Source: Cycas panzhihuaensis (taxonomy: Eukaryota > Plantae > Cycadophyta). From it: 64,000 bases of DNA. Shown in pieces: positions 39,333 to 51,328 of this stretch. The position numbers were made by a program, and so were the translations under genes. Numbering within the stretch: position 1 is the first letter of the stretch; every line of letters begins with the position of its first letter. The notes under the pieces were generated by a model. The model was not told the DNA's origin. It made no database searches and saw only the letters and a program-made list of their open reading frames with translations. The stretch lies in assembly GCA_023213395.1 (NCBI GenBank), contig CM041465.1:156371741-156435740 (forward strand). Direction: 5' to 3'.

Positions 39333-40553
39333 CAGTTGTAACTAAGATAGTTGTAACCATTCTTATATGAGGTTGCACTATCCTCGTGCCAAGTTACACT
39401 GTCTTTGTGCAAGTGCCGATTGTCCTCATGTAGGGTTACAATTATCATTAATCTTGGCATAAGGTTGCAGCGTTCCATATGCAAAGTTGTAACTTCCTCA
39501 TGTAGCATACCTTGTACTAGGTTGCAACATCCCTTGACTAGGTTGCAACATTCCTCGTGCCAGGTTGCAACTTTCTTGACTAGTTTGCAGCATTCCTCAT
39601 ACCAGGTTGCAACTTTTTTCTTGCAATGTTGCAACTTCCTTAACTAGGTTGCAACATTCCTTATGCTAGGTTATAACCTTCCCCATGCCAGGTTGCAACT
39701 TCCTCCTTGCAAGGTTGCAACGTTTTCATGTAAGATTGCAACTTACTTCTTGCCAGGTTGCAACGTTCCTCATGCCAAGTTGCAACTTCCTTCTTGCAAG
39801 GTTGTAACTTCCTCATGTTAGGTTGCAACTTCCCTCTTGCAAGGGTGCAACTTCCTCAACCAAGGTTGCAACTTCATTGTGCTAGGTTGCAATATTCCTC
39901 ATGCTAGGTTGCAACTTCCCCATCCAAGGTTGTAACTTTCTCGTGTTAGGTTGCAATGTTCCTCATGTTGGATTGCAACTTCCTCATCCAAGGTAGCAAC
40001 TTCATCATTCCAAGTTGTAACTTCCTTCTTGCAAGGTTGCAACTTCCTCATGCTAGGTTGCAACATTCCTCGTGCCAGGTTGCAATTTCCCTTTTGCAAG
40101 GTTGCGACTTCCTCATTCAAGGTTACAACTTCACCGTGTCAGGTTGTAACGTTCCTCGTGCTAGGTTGCAACTTCCCTCTTGCGGGGTTGCAACTTCCTT
40201 CTTGCAAGGTTGCAACTTCCCTCTGGTGAGGTTGTAACTTCCTTCTTGCAAGATTGCAACTTCCCTTCTGCCAAGTTGCAACATTCCTCATCTAGAGTTG
40301 CAACCATCTTCGTCTAATTGCAATTTTCTGTGTTCACAGTTACAACCATCCTTGTCCAGATTTGCAACTATCCTCATCTAGAGTTGCAACCATCTTCGTC
40401 TAAAGTTGCAACCATCCTCATCCAGAGTTACAACTTTTCGCATTCAAAGTTATAATTGTCCTCGTTCAGAGTTACAACTATCCTTGTCCAAAGTTGCAAC
40501 TTTCCACATTCAAAGTTGCAACCATCCTTGTCCACAGTTGCAACTAAGGTTGT
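39333..40553. repeat. Tandem array of ~50 units of 21-22 bp with palindromic GTTGCAAC core
   Basis: Consensus AGGTTGCAACTTCCTCATGCT (~39460-40290) switching to AGAGTTGCAACCATCCTCGTCC (~40290-40550). Confidence 0.95.
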
Positions 40554-40647
40554 AAAAGATCTGCAATACAATTCATAACAACTTCCTATACTTCATATGA
40601 TTAAGGGGTCTCCTATTCCCATGGTTTACATTTACTTATTTATTCTT

Positions 40648-42921
40648 TTAACTTATTGTGTACCACTGCAGTCGACTTTCATTGACTATTTTATTAAACA
40701 ATGTTTTGTTTAGCTGTTGAAGTTGTACAACCCCATTTTGTTGAATGTGATTTACCTTATATGGACCTAACCATCGCAACTTTATTTTATCTAGCTTCAT
40801 ATGAAATTTGCTATCGTAGAAAAGTACCAAGTCTCATTCTTGGAATTGAGGTGTTTTCAAATGTCGATCATGCCATGCCTTACACCTTTATTTTTTTGCT
40901 TTTACTTCCCATAAGGCTTTTGCTCATCACTCATCCATTTTCACCAATTCCACGAACCATTGGTCCCTTGAATCCTTTTCTGATAAATATAGCTACACAG
41001 CTACTCGCAAACTTTTTGTTTAGAACTCTAGGGGAAGTACAGCCTCCAACCCATAAACTAACTGGAATGGTGTTGTTTATGGGGTCTTTTTACTGTTGTT
41101 TTGTCTGCTCATAACACCAAATGTAGTTGTTCTGCCTAATCCGTTCTTCCTTCACTACAAATCTTAGACAAGGCAAGCTTTCAAATTTTATTTGTGCTTT
41201 CTACTTGCCCATTGGCCCGTACATAATACAGGGAGGATTTGTAATGTTGGATCATGAATTCTTTTGTGAAGTGCTTAATAGTTTGGTTCAAGAAACTATT
41301 CCCTTGGTTTGACACAATTTCCAAGGGGCATCCAAAATAAACGATGATAGTGTACAAAAGTCCAGTTGTACTTCAAGCATCATATGCCTTCATCAGTTTC
41401 ACTTTGGTTCATTTAGTCATGAAATCCATAGCAACTAATATGTATCTTGCATTGGTTCATCTGGCTGGTGGACTAATTGGTCCAACAAAATCTATCCCCC
41501 ACTTCTCGAATGGAGCCTATGCGAATATGGGATGTAAAGGCATGAAATGATTCTTACTTGGCTTGCCTACCCGTTGGCACACATCACAACTGCGGACCCA
41601 TTTTTTTGTGTCCTCGAACAATGTGGGCCTCCATAATCTAGCCAGTAATATCTTTTTGATAGTTGGTTCTACACCTTGATGTTTTATTGCCACACCCTCG
41701 TGGGCTTCTCGTATTACCGCCTCTGCCTCGTGTTCCATTATACATCTTCTCAAAACACCATCTGATCCTAACTTGTACAACATCCCTTGAATTAACTAGA
41801 ATGGAAAAGTTTTTCGAATAAAACTTTGCCACTCCATGCATTCCATCCTAGTGGTGTTTGCCCTGTAACAAGGTATTGTGCAATGCCTCTGTACCACTTT
41901 GGTACTACCACAATAGAAAATAGCTCCATATCAGGAAAGTCGTCATTCACCTTAGTGGCAGGTTTTCCTTCCACTTCCCTTGACAGCAAGTCTAGTATCG
42001 TACGCTTTTCTCCTTTCTTCACTATGATTTTAAAATTGAATTTCTAAAACAACATTAGCCATCTACTGATTCTACCCTGCAAAATGGGTTTATTAACTAG
42101 ATATTGTAAGGCCTCATGATCAACAAAAAAGATGAATGGATTAGCTAATAAATAATGTCTAAATTTCTATAGGGCATAAACCATGCACATGCCTTCTCAT
42201 TCCATAATTGAATAGTTCAACTCTACTTCTATCAATGTCCGAATTGTAAAATATATTGGAAGATCTATTTTGTTGTCTATTGGTTGTGCTAATACCCATC
42301 CAATCGCAAACAAAGAGGCATCAACATGCATATGGAAAGGTTTCTTCCAATTAGGAAATCTAAATACTGGTGCCTAAGCATCATTCTTTTTCAATAAATC
42401 AAAAGCAAGTTGTCGTTGCAGCCTCTGTTGCCATGTGGATTTCCTTTTTAGCAAGGTTTCTAAGGGATTAGCTATTTGGGTATAAGTTTTTATAAACTTC
42501 CCATAATACCTTGTCATTCCTAGAAATTCTTTGACTTGCTTGGGTGTTTTTGGGATTGGAAAATTTAAGATTACAGCCACTTTATTGGGATCATTCAACA
42601 ACCAATTTTTGGTGACTCCATAACCTAACAAAGTCCCAAAAGGAAACATGTTAATCTCTTGCAACTTAAGTTTTTCTCCTTTAAATGTTTTGCCATATGG
42701 GCTTACTGTATATGCTAGAATCTTATCAATGATGCGCTCTCCATATTCCACTATGGAATAACTAGGAGGAAATGATTGTAATTCTTGTTGAATATTATCT
42801 TCTTTTATTGTTTTATCACATCTAATGTGGAAGTAATTTTTCTCCTCCATGGTTTTCCCCTTAAAGATTTGTAAGATTTCCTTGATTTTTTCATTTTCAT
42901 TATGGTATGCAAAGGTCTAGT
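40648..42921 (-). pseudogene. G2 pol 3' part: RT C-terminus, RNase H, integrase
   Basis: KEFLGMTRYYGKFIK (42374-42850); FHMHVDAS near 42320; H-H...CDVCQR zinc finger (41517-41783); GPY motif (40648-40830). Confidence 0.9.
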
Positions 42922-45900
42922 TGTTAGAGAGAGGATTTAATTAAATGTTTACATCATTTTATCATAAATCTCAAAAATAAAACATATATATGTCTGCAAA
43001 ATAATAATTTACATAGGTGCACATAATTTGACAGGCGGAAAATCCCTTTGGGGGATAAAAAACCACCTCAAAAAGTAAATAAGTATTAATATATAAAATA
43101 TACATTACAGGGATAGTTAGATGAGGATCTCATCCTCTCTCAGCAGTTGTGCGACCTCCTCCTACATCATTGAATACCTGGCCAACCTCACCATCCTACA
43201 TGACCTCATATTTGACCCTTCTCATGACTATTCTCCCCTCTTTCCTAGAATCTAGGAAGAGAGATAAAAGTGGAAGATAGAGATTCGTTGGAAATTAGCA
43301 GTTTCCATTTCAATGAACCATATAACTTATTAATATAATTAATTATAAAGTAACATTAGAGAATATAAAGCTTAACATTAATATTTCTAACATCCCCCTT
43401 TAATGTTAGCTTTAGTACAATAGATGATACAAAAGATAGAAAGAAGAAGAGAGAAAATGATGAAGATTTCAGCATGATGATCCCCTTTTGATGAAAACTT
43501 CTTCAATCTTCAATAATTCTCGAAGTTTAACAAACTTTGCTTCTGTAAATGGCTTTGTAAGAATATTTGCAAGTTGCAAATCGATAGGACAATAAAACAG
43601 ATTAATAGTATTATCATGAACAAAATTATGTATAAAATACTGATGTAATTCTATGTGTTTAGTTCTAGAATGAGCAACAGGATTAGTAGCAATAGATATC
43701 ACACCTTGATTATCAACATTAATTTTAATAAAAGAGTTAGGAAACAAACCAAGTTCACTTAATAAAGATTTAATCCAAAGTACTTCTTTACTTGCTTCAA
43801 CAAGTGCTCGATATTCAACTTCAATTGTAGATAAAGCGAATACTTGTATTTTTTTACTGGACCAAGTGATAGGTGACAAATCAAGAAAGAAAATATAATC
43901 AACAGTAGATTTTCAATTATCAGAATCTCCTGCCCAATTAGAGTCTGTGTATCCTGTCAATTTTAAGTTAGTATTGCAAAAGTTATATGTTAAGCCATGA
44001 TAAATTGTACCTTAAAGATATCATAGGATTCATTTTGCTGCTTTCTACTGTGATTCATGAGGTTTTTGTATATATCTGGAACATAGAGCAATAGCATAGG
44101 ACATGCCCAGACGGGTATGGGCTAAGTAAATCAGAGTACCTATTAATTGACGATATAGGGTAGGATCACAAGGTAGGGAAGGACAATCAATTATTAATTT
44201 TATACCTGATTGTAAGGGTGTAGGAGCTAGCTTGACATTGTCCATATTAAATCTTTTTATTAGTTCAATAATATATTTTGGTTGAGATATAGTGATTTTT
44301 GAATCTGATTGACAAATTTGTAAACTTAGAAAATAGTGTAACAAACCTAAATCTATCATTTCAAACTTATTCATCAGAATTGATTTTAACTGGAGAATAT
44401 GAGAAAGTAAAGAACCAGTTATTATGATATCATCTACATAAAGAGTTAAAATGGTAATATTATTATCTTGTTTTTGAAAATAGAGATTGGGATCACTAAT
44501 ACACTTAGTGTATCCGTTTTGTAGAAGATAATCATCGATTTTAGTATACAAAGCTCGAGGAGCTTGTTTTAGACCATATAAAGATTTTTTTAATTTGCAA
44601 ACAAGATTAGGATTACTTACAAAACCAGGAGGTTGTTTCATGTAAATTTCTTCTTTTAGGTCGTTGTTTGAAAAGGCACTTTTCACATCCATTTGATGAA
44701 TCTGCCAACCAAATTTTGTTGTTAATGCTATAATGGTTTTAATGGTGTTCATCTTGGCAACAGGGGCACAAGTTTTGGTATAGTCAATACCATCAACTTG
44801 TAAAAAACCTTTGGCTACTAAATGAGCTTTCTGTTTTTCAACTACTCCTTCTGAATTATACTTAGTTCGATAGACCCACTTATAGCCTACCAAGTTCTTA
44901 CTAGGAGGTAAAGGGAGTAAATCCTAAGTTGAATTCTCTTTTAAAGCATCAATTTCAGCTTGCATTGCTATTGCCATGTTGGCTTGATACTTGCTTGTTT
45001 AAATGCTTTTGGGTCATCACTGGCCATAACGTTGGCCATTAGGGTAAAGTTTGCTTGAAGCTTTTGTGAATGAGTTCTTCTAGTATCTGAAGGATTACCA
45101 GCATCAGAACTAGCATCAAAAAGAGTTTTTTGAGCCAAAACAGGTTGTTTACTATTGTTAGGTTGTCGTTTAGGAGAAGTAGGTTGACTAGTTGTAGATG
45201 AGGTTGAGGTAGGTGGTTTGTTTAAGGTCCAATTTTGGACTTGAGTGGAGAAGGACTCAATTGTTTCAGGGTTAGCTTGTTTTTCAGAGGGGTTAACTCA
45301 GTAAGTGTTAGTTAACAAGTTTTCGACTCGTAATTCAACATAAGAAGTGTTTGATGAAGAACCTCCTTCATTGAATACAACATCACGTAGGATTGAAATC
45401 TTATGAGTGATTGGCTTTAGAAGTTTGTAAGCTTTGCTTTCTTCACTGTAACTAATGAAGATATATTTGAAACTTTTAGGATCAAGTTTTTGTCGTTTTT
45501 CTTTGGGAACATGCCCCCAAGCAATGCTTTCAAAGATTCTTAGATGCTTAATAGAAGGTTTACGACTAGACCATTTCTGTTATGGCGTAATATTCTGTAA
45601 AGATTTGCTTGGTAAGCGGTTTAAAAGATAGTTGAATCAAGTAATTGCTTCTGCCCACAACTTTAAGTCAAGACCTTTTGCATGTAGCATGCATCTAGTC
45701 ATTTTAACAAGGGTACGTGTTTTGCATTCAACAACATCGTTTTGTTGAGGGGTATACACTACAGAATGTTGAAATCGTATTTCATGCTTCTTGTAATAAG
45801 AAGTAAACTTGTTGCTTAGGTACTTTTTTGTATTGTCAAATCTAAAGATTTTAATTTTAGAGTTGGTTTAATTTTCGACTAAAGTTTTAAATTCAACAAA

Positions 45901-46579
45901 GATGTCAAATACTTGATTCCTTGTTTTTGGCATGTACACCTAGTATTTTCTGGAGAAATCATTGATGAATGTGACAAAATATCTGCTTTCAGAGTACAAA
46001 GGTACTTGGAATGGACCGCAGATATCAGAGTGTACAAGTTAAAGTTGAGCTTTTGCTCAAAAAGTAGTGTGATTTGGAAAGGGGCCCATGTGTTGTTTTT
46101 CTGTAACACAGGCTTCACAAACACCATAGACCCTGTTTAAGAGGGGTAAGCCATGAACCATATCATGCTTACTCAAGTACTAGAGTTTGCCATAGCTCGT
46201 ATGGCCAAACTGGGCATGCCATAGCTTACTGATAGGGTCAAATAAAAAACCACCTCAGAAAGTAAATAAGTATTAATATATAAAATATACATTACAAGGA
46301 TAGTTAGATGAGGATCTCATCCTCTCTTAGCAATTGTGTAGCCTCCTCCTATAGCATTAAATACCTGGTCAATCTCACCATCCTACATGACCTCAAATTT
46401 GACCATTCTCCTGACTATTCTCCCCTCTTTCCTAGAATCTAGGAAGAGAGATAAAAATGGAAGATAGAGGTTCGCTGGAAATTGGCAGTTTCCATTTCAA
46501 CGAACCATATAACTTATTAATATAATTAATCATAAAGCAACATTAGAGAATATAAAGCTTAACATTAATATTTCTAACA
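42922..46579 (-). mobile_element. Ty1/Copia element H (same family as F), internally deleted
   Basis: 3' LTR 42922-43392; partial 5' LTR 46242-46579; TSD CTAGT/CTAAT (1 mismatch); RT 44045-44893 (LYVDDIII), RH 43469-43879. gag, PR and PBS are deleted. Confidence 0.93.
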
Positions 46580-47289
46580 CTAATAAAAACTATCTACCAT
46601 TAAATCCCAATTTATTAATTTTGTCTTTTCATAATGGTTGTACTAGACTATAGAAATGCCTCTAAGAGTTGATCCCCAATATTGTGCCCATTCCTTTTTT
46701 TGGAATTTTATTAGCTGTCCATATCTAAACACAATTCTGCACATACAAATGAGGGTCATCTCCATTCCAAAACATGGGCAATTCTATTTCATGATTATGA
46801 AATCTATTTGGAAAATTTCTACTGATTTCTTCCCAAGAATTAAATTCTTTTACATACGCAACATACCATAAACATGCTTGACCTGTTAAAGAACAAGAAA
46901 ACACAAGATACCAAAAGTTCTACTGCCATTTATTTTTCATTATCTTAATACATTAATCCAAATGCATTTTTGCTTGCCCCAATTGGCTGCAATATTTAGA
47001 AAGTTCATTGAACTTCTTAGCCCAGGCCACATTTTCTTGAGTAATTTGCAAGTCTCTTTCTTCTCAAACATCTTGTGGCAATTCCAACTAAATTACTACA
47101 TCTTCCATGTTCTCCTCATCTAAAGAGTCTGCATACATTTCTAAATGATAAAATAGAGCAAGTTTTGCTTCCTCCCATGCATTGTGAAGCTAGTTTAGCA
47201 TATAAGACGATGATGGACTACTTGGCAGGGCTGATTGGATCTAGAATGTTGTTTTTGAGCAAGAGCTAACTGTCGATTCTACTATGGCT

Positions 47290-49837
47290 ATTATGGACGA
47301 GGCTTTTGCTTAATCTTTAATTTTCTCAATTTGTGGTCCATCTGAACATAAGGGAAAAGTAACCATCTTATTTCCAGCCAAAAGTGTAAAAGTATGTTTT
47401 CCCCAATCTTGAAGGGCTTTTGTTGCCAACAACCAAGGTCTTCCCAACAATGTTGGGTAAGTCCTTCTTTGGCCTTGCATCCTGACAACTGAAAAATCTA
47501 GCAAAACAATCATTCCTACAATAGTCATTGGAACATTCAATAAGGTACCCATAGGTCTAACCTGCAATTGGTTAGCTAGCCCGATTGAATAGTCTGGGGA
47601 AACCGCATTAGGCCTTCCCAAAGCTATCCAAGAGGATCCCAATAGCACATTCACCCCTGAGCCCCCATCAACCAATTGTTTTACACAAAATTGTCCCCAA
47701 AACTATCATTGGATCTCTTGGGTCAACTCTAGTATCCTTAATAGCCCTTAGTACTGGTTTCTTAATTTGCTCTAGTATTAGCTGTTGGAAGTAGCTAGCT
47801 TCCCACCACCTAAAAACAATAGATATAGGAATTGAAACTCCTAACTCAGTAAGAAAATCTTTAACTGCTTGCAACCGCTGCCAAGGATTCGTACCTTCTT
47901 GTGCAGGTTGTCCTTGAACCAGTCTTCTTTTATAATATTGGCTTTTAAATCATTGCTCCTGTTGGACTTCGCCCATGGCCTCTTGAAAAATCTTCACCGC
48001 TTCTTGAAGTCATCATTTTTCTATTGTTGGGTTTAGAAAATTGTCTTGAAGAGGAGGCCCTATTGTTTTGCCACTATGTGTTTGCAAATACATTGCTACT
48101 TCTTTGTTCATAACAACATCCACCAAATTAGCGTTCTGCACTTTAGTGTTCTTTGGATAATTTGCCCATTTGTGATCCACTAGTCTGCATTCTTCACAAA
48201 TAAACTCTCCTCCTTTTTTCTCCAACAAACATTTAGATTTGTAAGGCCCCCATCTTTGACATAAAAAGCAATTAATTGGCTTTGGTTTGCCTTTATATTG
48301 CCTCATTGTTCCTTGTTCTGTCTTCAGCAAGAATATATTATGGACTTCTCCTTCATTATGCTTTGGCCTGAAAAAACACTCCCAAGTACTATGGTTGTTT
48401 CGTTGGCAATTTTCACACTATTTTAAAAGTCCACTATGTTCATTCTTCAAATGTCCTTACTAATTGCAAGGTGGGTGACACCAAATATTTTTTCTTGATT
48501 TTTCCATGCATAAACGTGACAGTTCTACAAATAGCTTGTCCAATTCTTGATTCTATTGCATACTTGCTGGAACAAAAACTGGTGGCTATTGCTTCAATGC
48601 TTCAACCTCCTTCTTCAAAGCCTCAATTTCTGGATTTGTACCCATTTGTAGTATTTGTAAGAATTGTATTCCAACGCCCATTATTGGAGAATATATTGAG
48701 GATTGTGTTGCCATTTGAAAGTAAGTTGACTTCATCTAATTTTCAAATTTTAAGGTTAACTCTCTTACCTACTCATAATTGTTCACTGGGTGCAACATTA
48801 CTTTGTCTCTGAGCTGCGATATCAATCCCTGCATAAAATACTTCATAGCAAGCATAGGATTTATTGCCATAGAAGATTGCATTTTATTTTCCATCAAAGT
48901 CATTCACAGACTCTCCGAGATATTGTCGGATTTCTTCCAAAGCCTTTAATATGGCTATTGGATCCTTGAGCTTTTGGAATCTATCCAAAAATTGAGTTTG
49001 CAATTGATCTCGACTAAATTGTTGAGCTACTACGTATTGGAACCATGCAACTGCTAGTCCTCTTAACATTGAAAAGAACCAAGCTTTTATTTCATTTTGA
49101 TCTACAATTCTTTTAATTTGAATCATGTTTTTGAATAAGGCCACATGATCACCTAGTTTTTTAGATCCATCAAATTGCATAGTGGAAAAAATAGAGTCAC
49201 TTTGCACAATGATATAAGGAATCATACCTCCTTGGCTTGTTCCACCTGACATTTCACTTTGCACCCTTCCTGGCGACGTATGACTCCTTGCTCCTCCTCT
49301 CATATTGCTACCTGGACTTGCCATTGGTAACTTAAAGAGGGGATTTATTATGTGACTCAGAGTTCTTATTTCAAAAAAATGGTAGTTCTAGGCTTGTTCC
49401 GCTATACTGTATACTCCTAATTTAATTAAATTTTCTTCCTATGCTGGGACTTCTTCCAAATTATATACTTTGGCTAAATTTTATTGCCAATCTTCAGGTT
49501 GAGGAAAATCCTCATTCAATACTTCCTCCTCTTGCAAGATATCTTTTGTAGTGGAATCTTCTTCTTTCAAATTTTACTGCCAACTTTCACCCTCAACAAA
49601 ATCTTTCTTAGTTAAATCTGGTTGTATTGGTTCCTTGTCTATGAGTTCCTCTTCCACTACACACCTTTGGTCATCTTTACTTTGTATTGCCTGCACTTCG
49701 ACAGTTCTCTCGCTAGATTCCATGCCCGTCTTTTGTTTGCTTGATTTGCCTTCATTTCTCGACTTTCTTTTCTCTATCGAGTGTGCAGATGGTCGCTTCT
49801 TCAGCTGCTTCCTTGGCATCAATACGAATCTGGGCAT
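47290..49837 (-). pseudogene. G2 gag and aspartic protease remnants
   Basis: Retrotransposon gag 48884-49324 (LRGLAVAWF), several CX2CX4HX4C knuckle remnants at 48150-48490, protease MVDGGSGVNVL...LLGRPWL 47310-47675. Confidence 0.88.
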
Positions 49838-50002
49838 ACATATTCCAGGTTGGAGTCTGTCTTTATCTCAACGCTTACCACGATCATGGCACAATTCTGT
49901 GTCAACCCTAGGTAGCATGGAAGAGGACCCAAGGACCTACTCGACTTTGTCCACTATGATGTCCACCATACTTTGCCCTGGTTCAGAAGGCAACAAAACC
50001 AA

Positions 50003-50536
50003 TGTATGCCTGTCAACCTATATCTACTACATAGCAATTCTATAAATAAAATAGAATAGTAGCATAAGATCAACCAAAGCGAACACAAACCATGATCATT
50101 GTATTAATGATGGGTTGCATCTAGTCCTCTCACAACTAGATGTAAACCCGAAATAGTACACAAGGTTGTAACTAATGCAATACAGTAGGACTTAATTACA
50201 ATTTGTACAGGCACATAATGCTCAGTACTCAAATTCAACTAGTACTCGCACACGCCATACCCCCTACGACTACCCATTACATAATTATATTCCTGTTTTG
50301 TAACTGTCGAATGTTAGAGTAGTTATGGTTCTACAGTTGGTTGCAACTGCTTCCAATCGTTTACTGCTTTGTTGCAGTTGCTCAAGTTGTTATTGTTAAG
50401 GCCGGCATAACTGCGGGTCAAATCACCCTCCTTCCACCCGATGTTGCAACTACTTGGTCGTAACAGACTTTCCTTTTAATTCTTGTTTTTCGCAACCTTG
50501 GTTTATGTTGCAACCAACATAATTCCCCAACACATA
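50003..50536 (-). repeat. 5' LTR of G2 (534 bp)
   Basis: Direct repeat of 36527-37061; terminal CA mutated to TA. Confidence 0.93.
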
Positions 50537-50717
50537 GTATCATCACTAGCTCTAATCTCAATGGGATGTGTGTTTCATACCATACAACTTTCTAAGAAAT
50601 GAGGTTATGAATCCATATCGTATAAGCATTACTCATGCACATAAAAGTAACCAAGGAGAAGACTCACTCAACCCTCGAGGGAACTCGCTCAATCTTCATA
50701 GGATGAGGGCCTTGCTC
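50537..50717 (-). repeat. G1 5' LTR, piece 2
   Basis: Aligns to ~19265-19415 and resumes exactly after the G2 TSD. Confidence 0.88.
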
Positions 50718-51328
50718 TATTAAACCTTTATGTTTACATGTTAAGTAATGTGCTTTATAACGTTTTATTATTGTACTTTATGTTAGTGTGACTTATCACT
50801 TAAGCGAAAATGCACACGCACATTCTTTCTAATGACATAAAATTGTAACTTGAGGATCAATGTACCCCTCATGCATCTTTGCTCACAAGAGAGCCCAAAG
50901 AACACTTGTTCCTCATGCATCTAGCATACCTTGCATGTTTGACATTCGTCAAATATGCAGTGTCTCAAAGTCTCTCCTTATAATCTATATATTGAGACTA
51001 ATTCTCATGTATATAGATATAAGAGTGTGTAGTATTGTTATGTTACTAGTTTTGCTAATTAAGTATTCCTTCTTATTTGGAGATTGGATCAATTCCTTCT
51101 CCTCCATATTGATGTCCTCATGCTTGTGATCTTCATGATTATGCTTGCTCATAGTGCTCATTTTCATACTAGCTTTAATAGATGCTAATCATCTTCATTC
51201 TCAAGCATATCTTTCCTCTCTTTTAAATCCTTAAGGCCTCAGGCTTAATTTCCATTCTCAACATTTGGTATCAGAGCCTTGTGAGAGGAGTCTTTTCTGT
51301 TAGTTTTCTTAGATTTGTGAGAGTGTTC

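Larger units (their letters stand above)
36527..50536 (-). mobile_element. Non-chromovirus Gypsy G2 (Athila-like) with 3' tandem array and extra ORF; contains Copia H
   Basis: LTRs 36527-37061 and 50003-50536, perfect TSD GTATC. Order GAG-PR-(RT)-RH-INT; Athila-type linker NDDFPDMELF...WYRGIAQYLVTG; INT ends at WLGPYKV with no chromodomain. Confidence 0.92.

Noticed and set aside
39326-40237. Overlapping ORFs on both strands with heptad repeats (EEVATL, GCNF, RLQ)
   Set aside because: By-products of a 21-bp repeat lacking stops; frames break at the 22-bp units
39333-40553. CRISPR-like appearance of the GTTGCAAC array
   Set aside because: Units are only 21-22 bp, the linkers are variants of one another rather than unique spacers, there are no cas genes, and the array lies inside a plant retrotransposon
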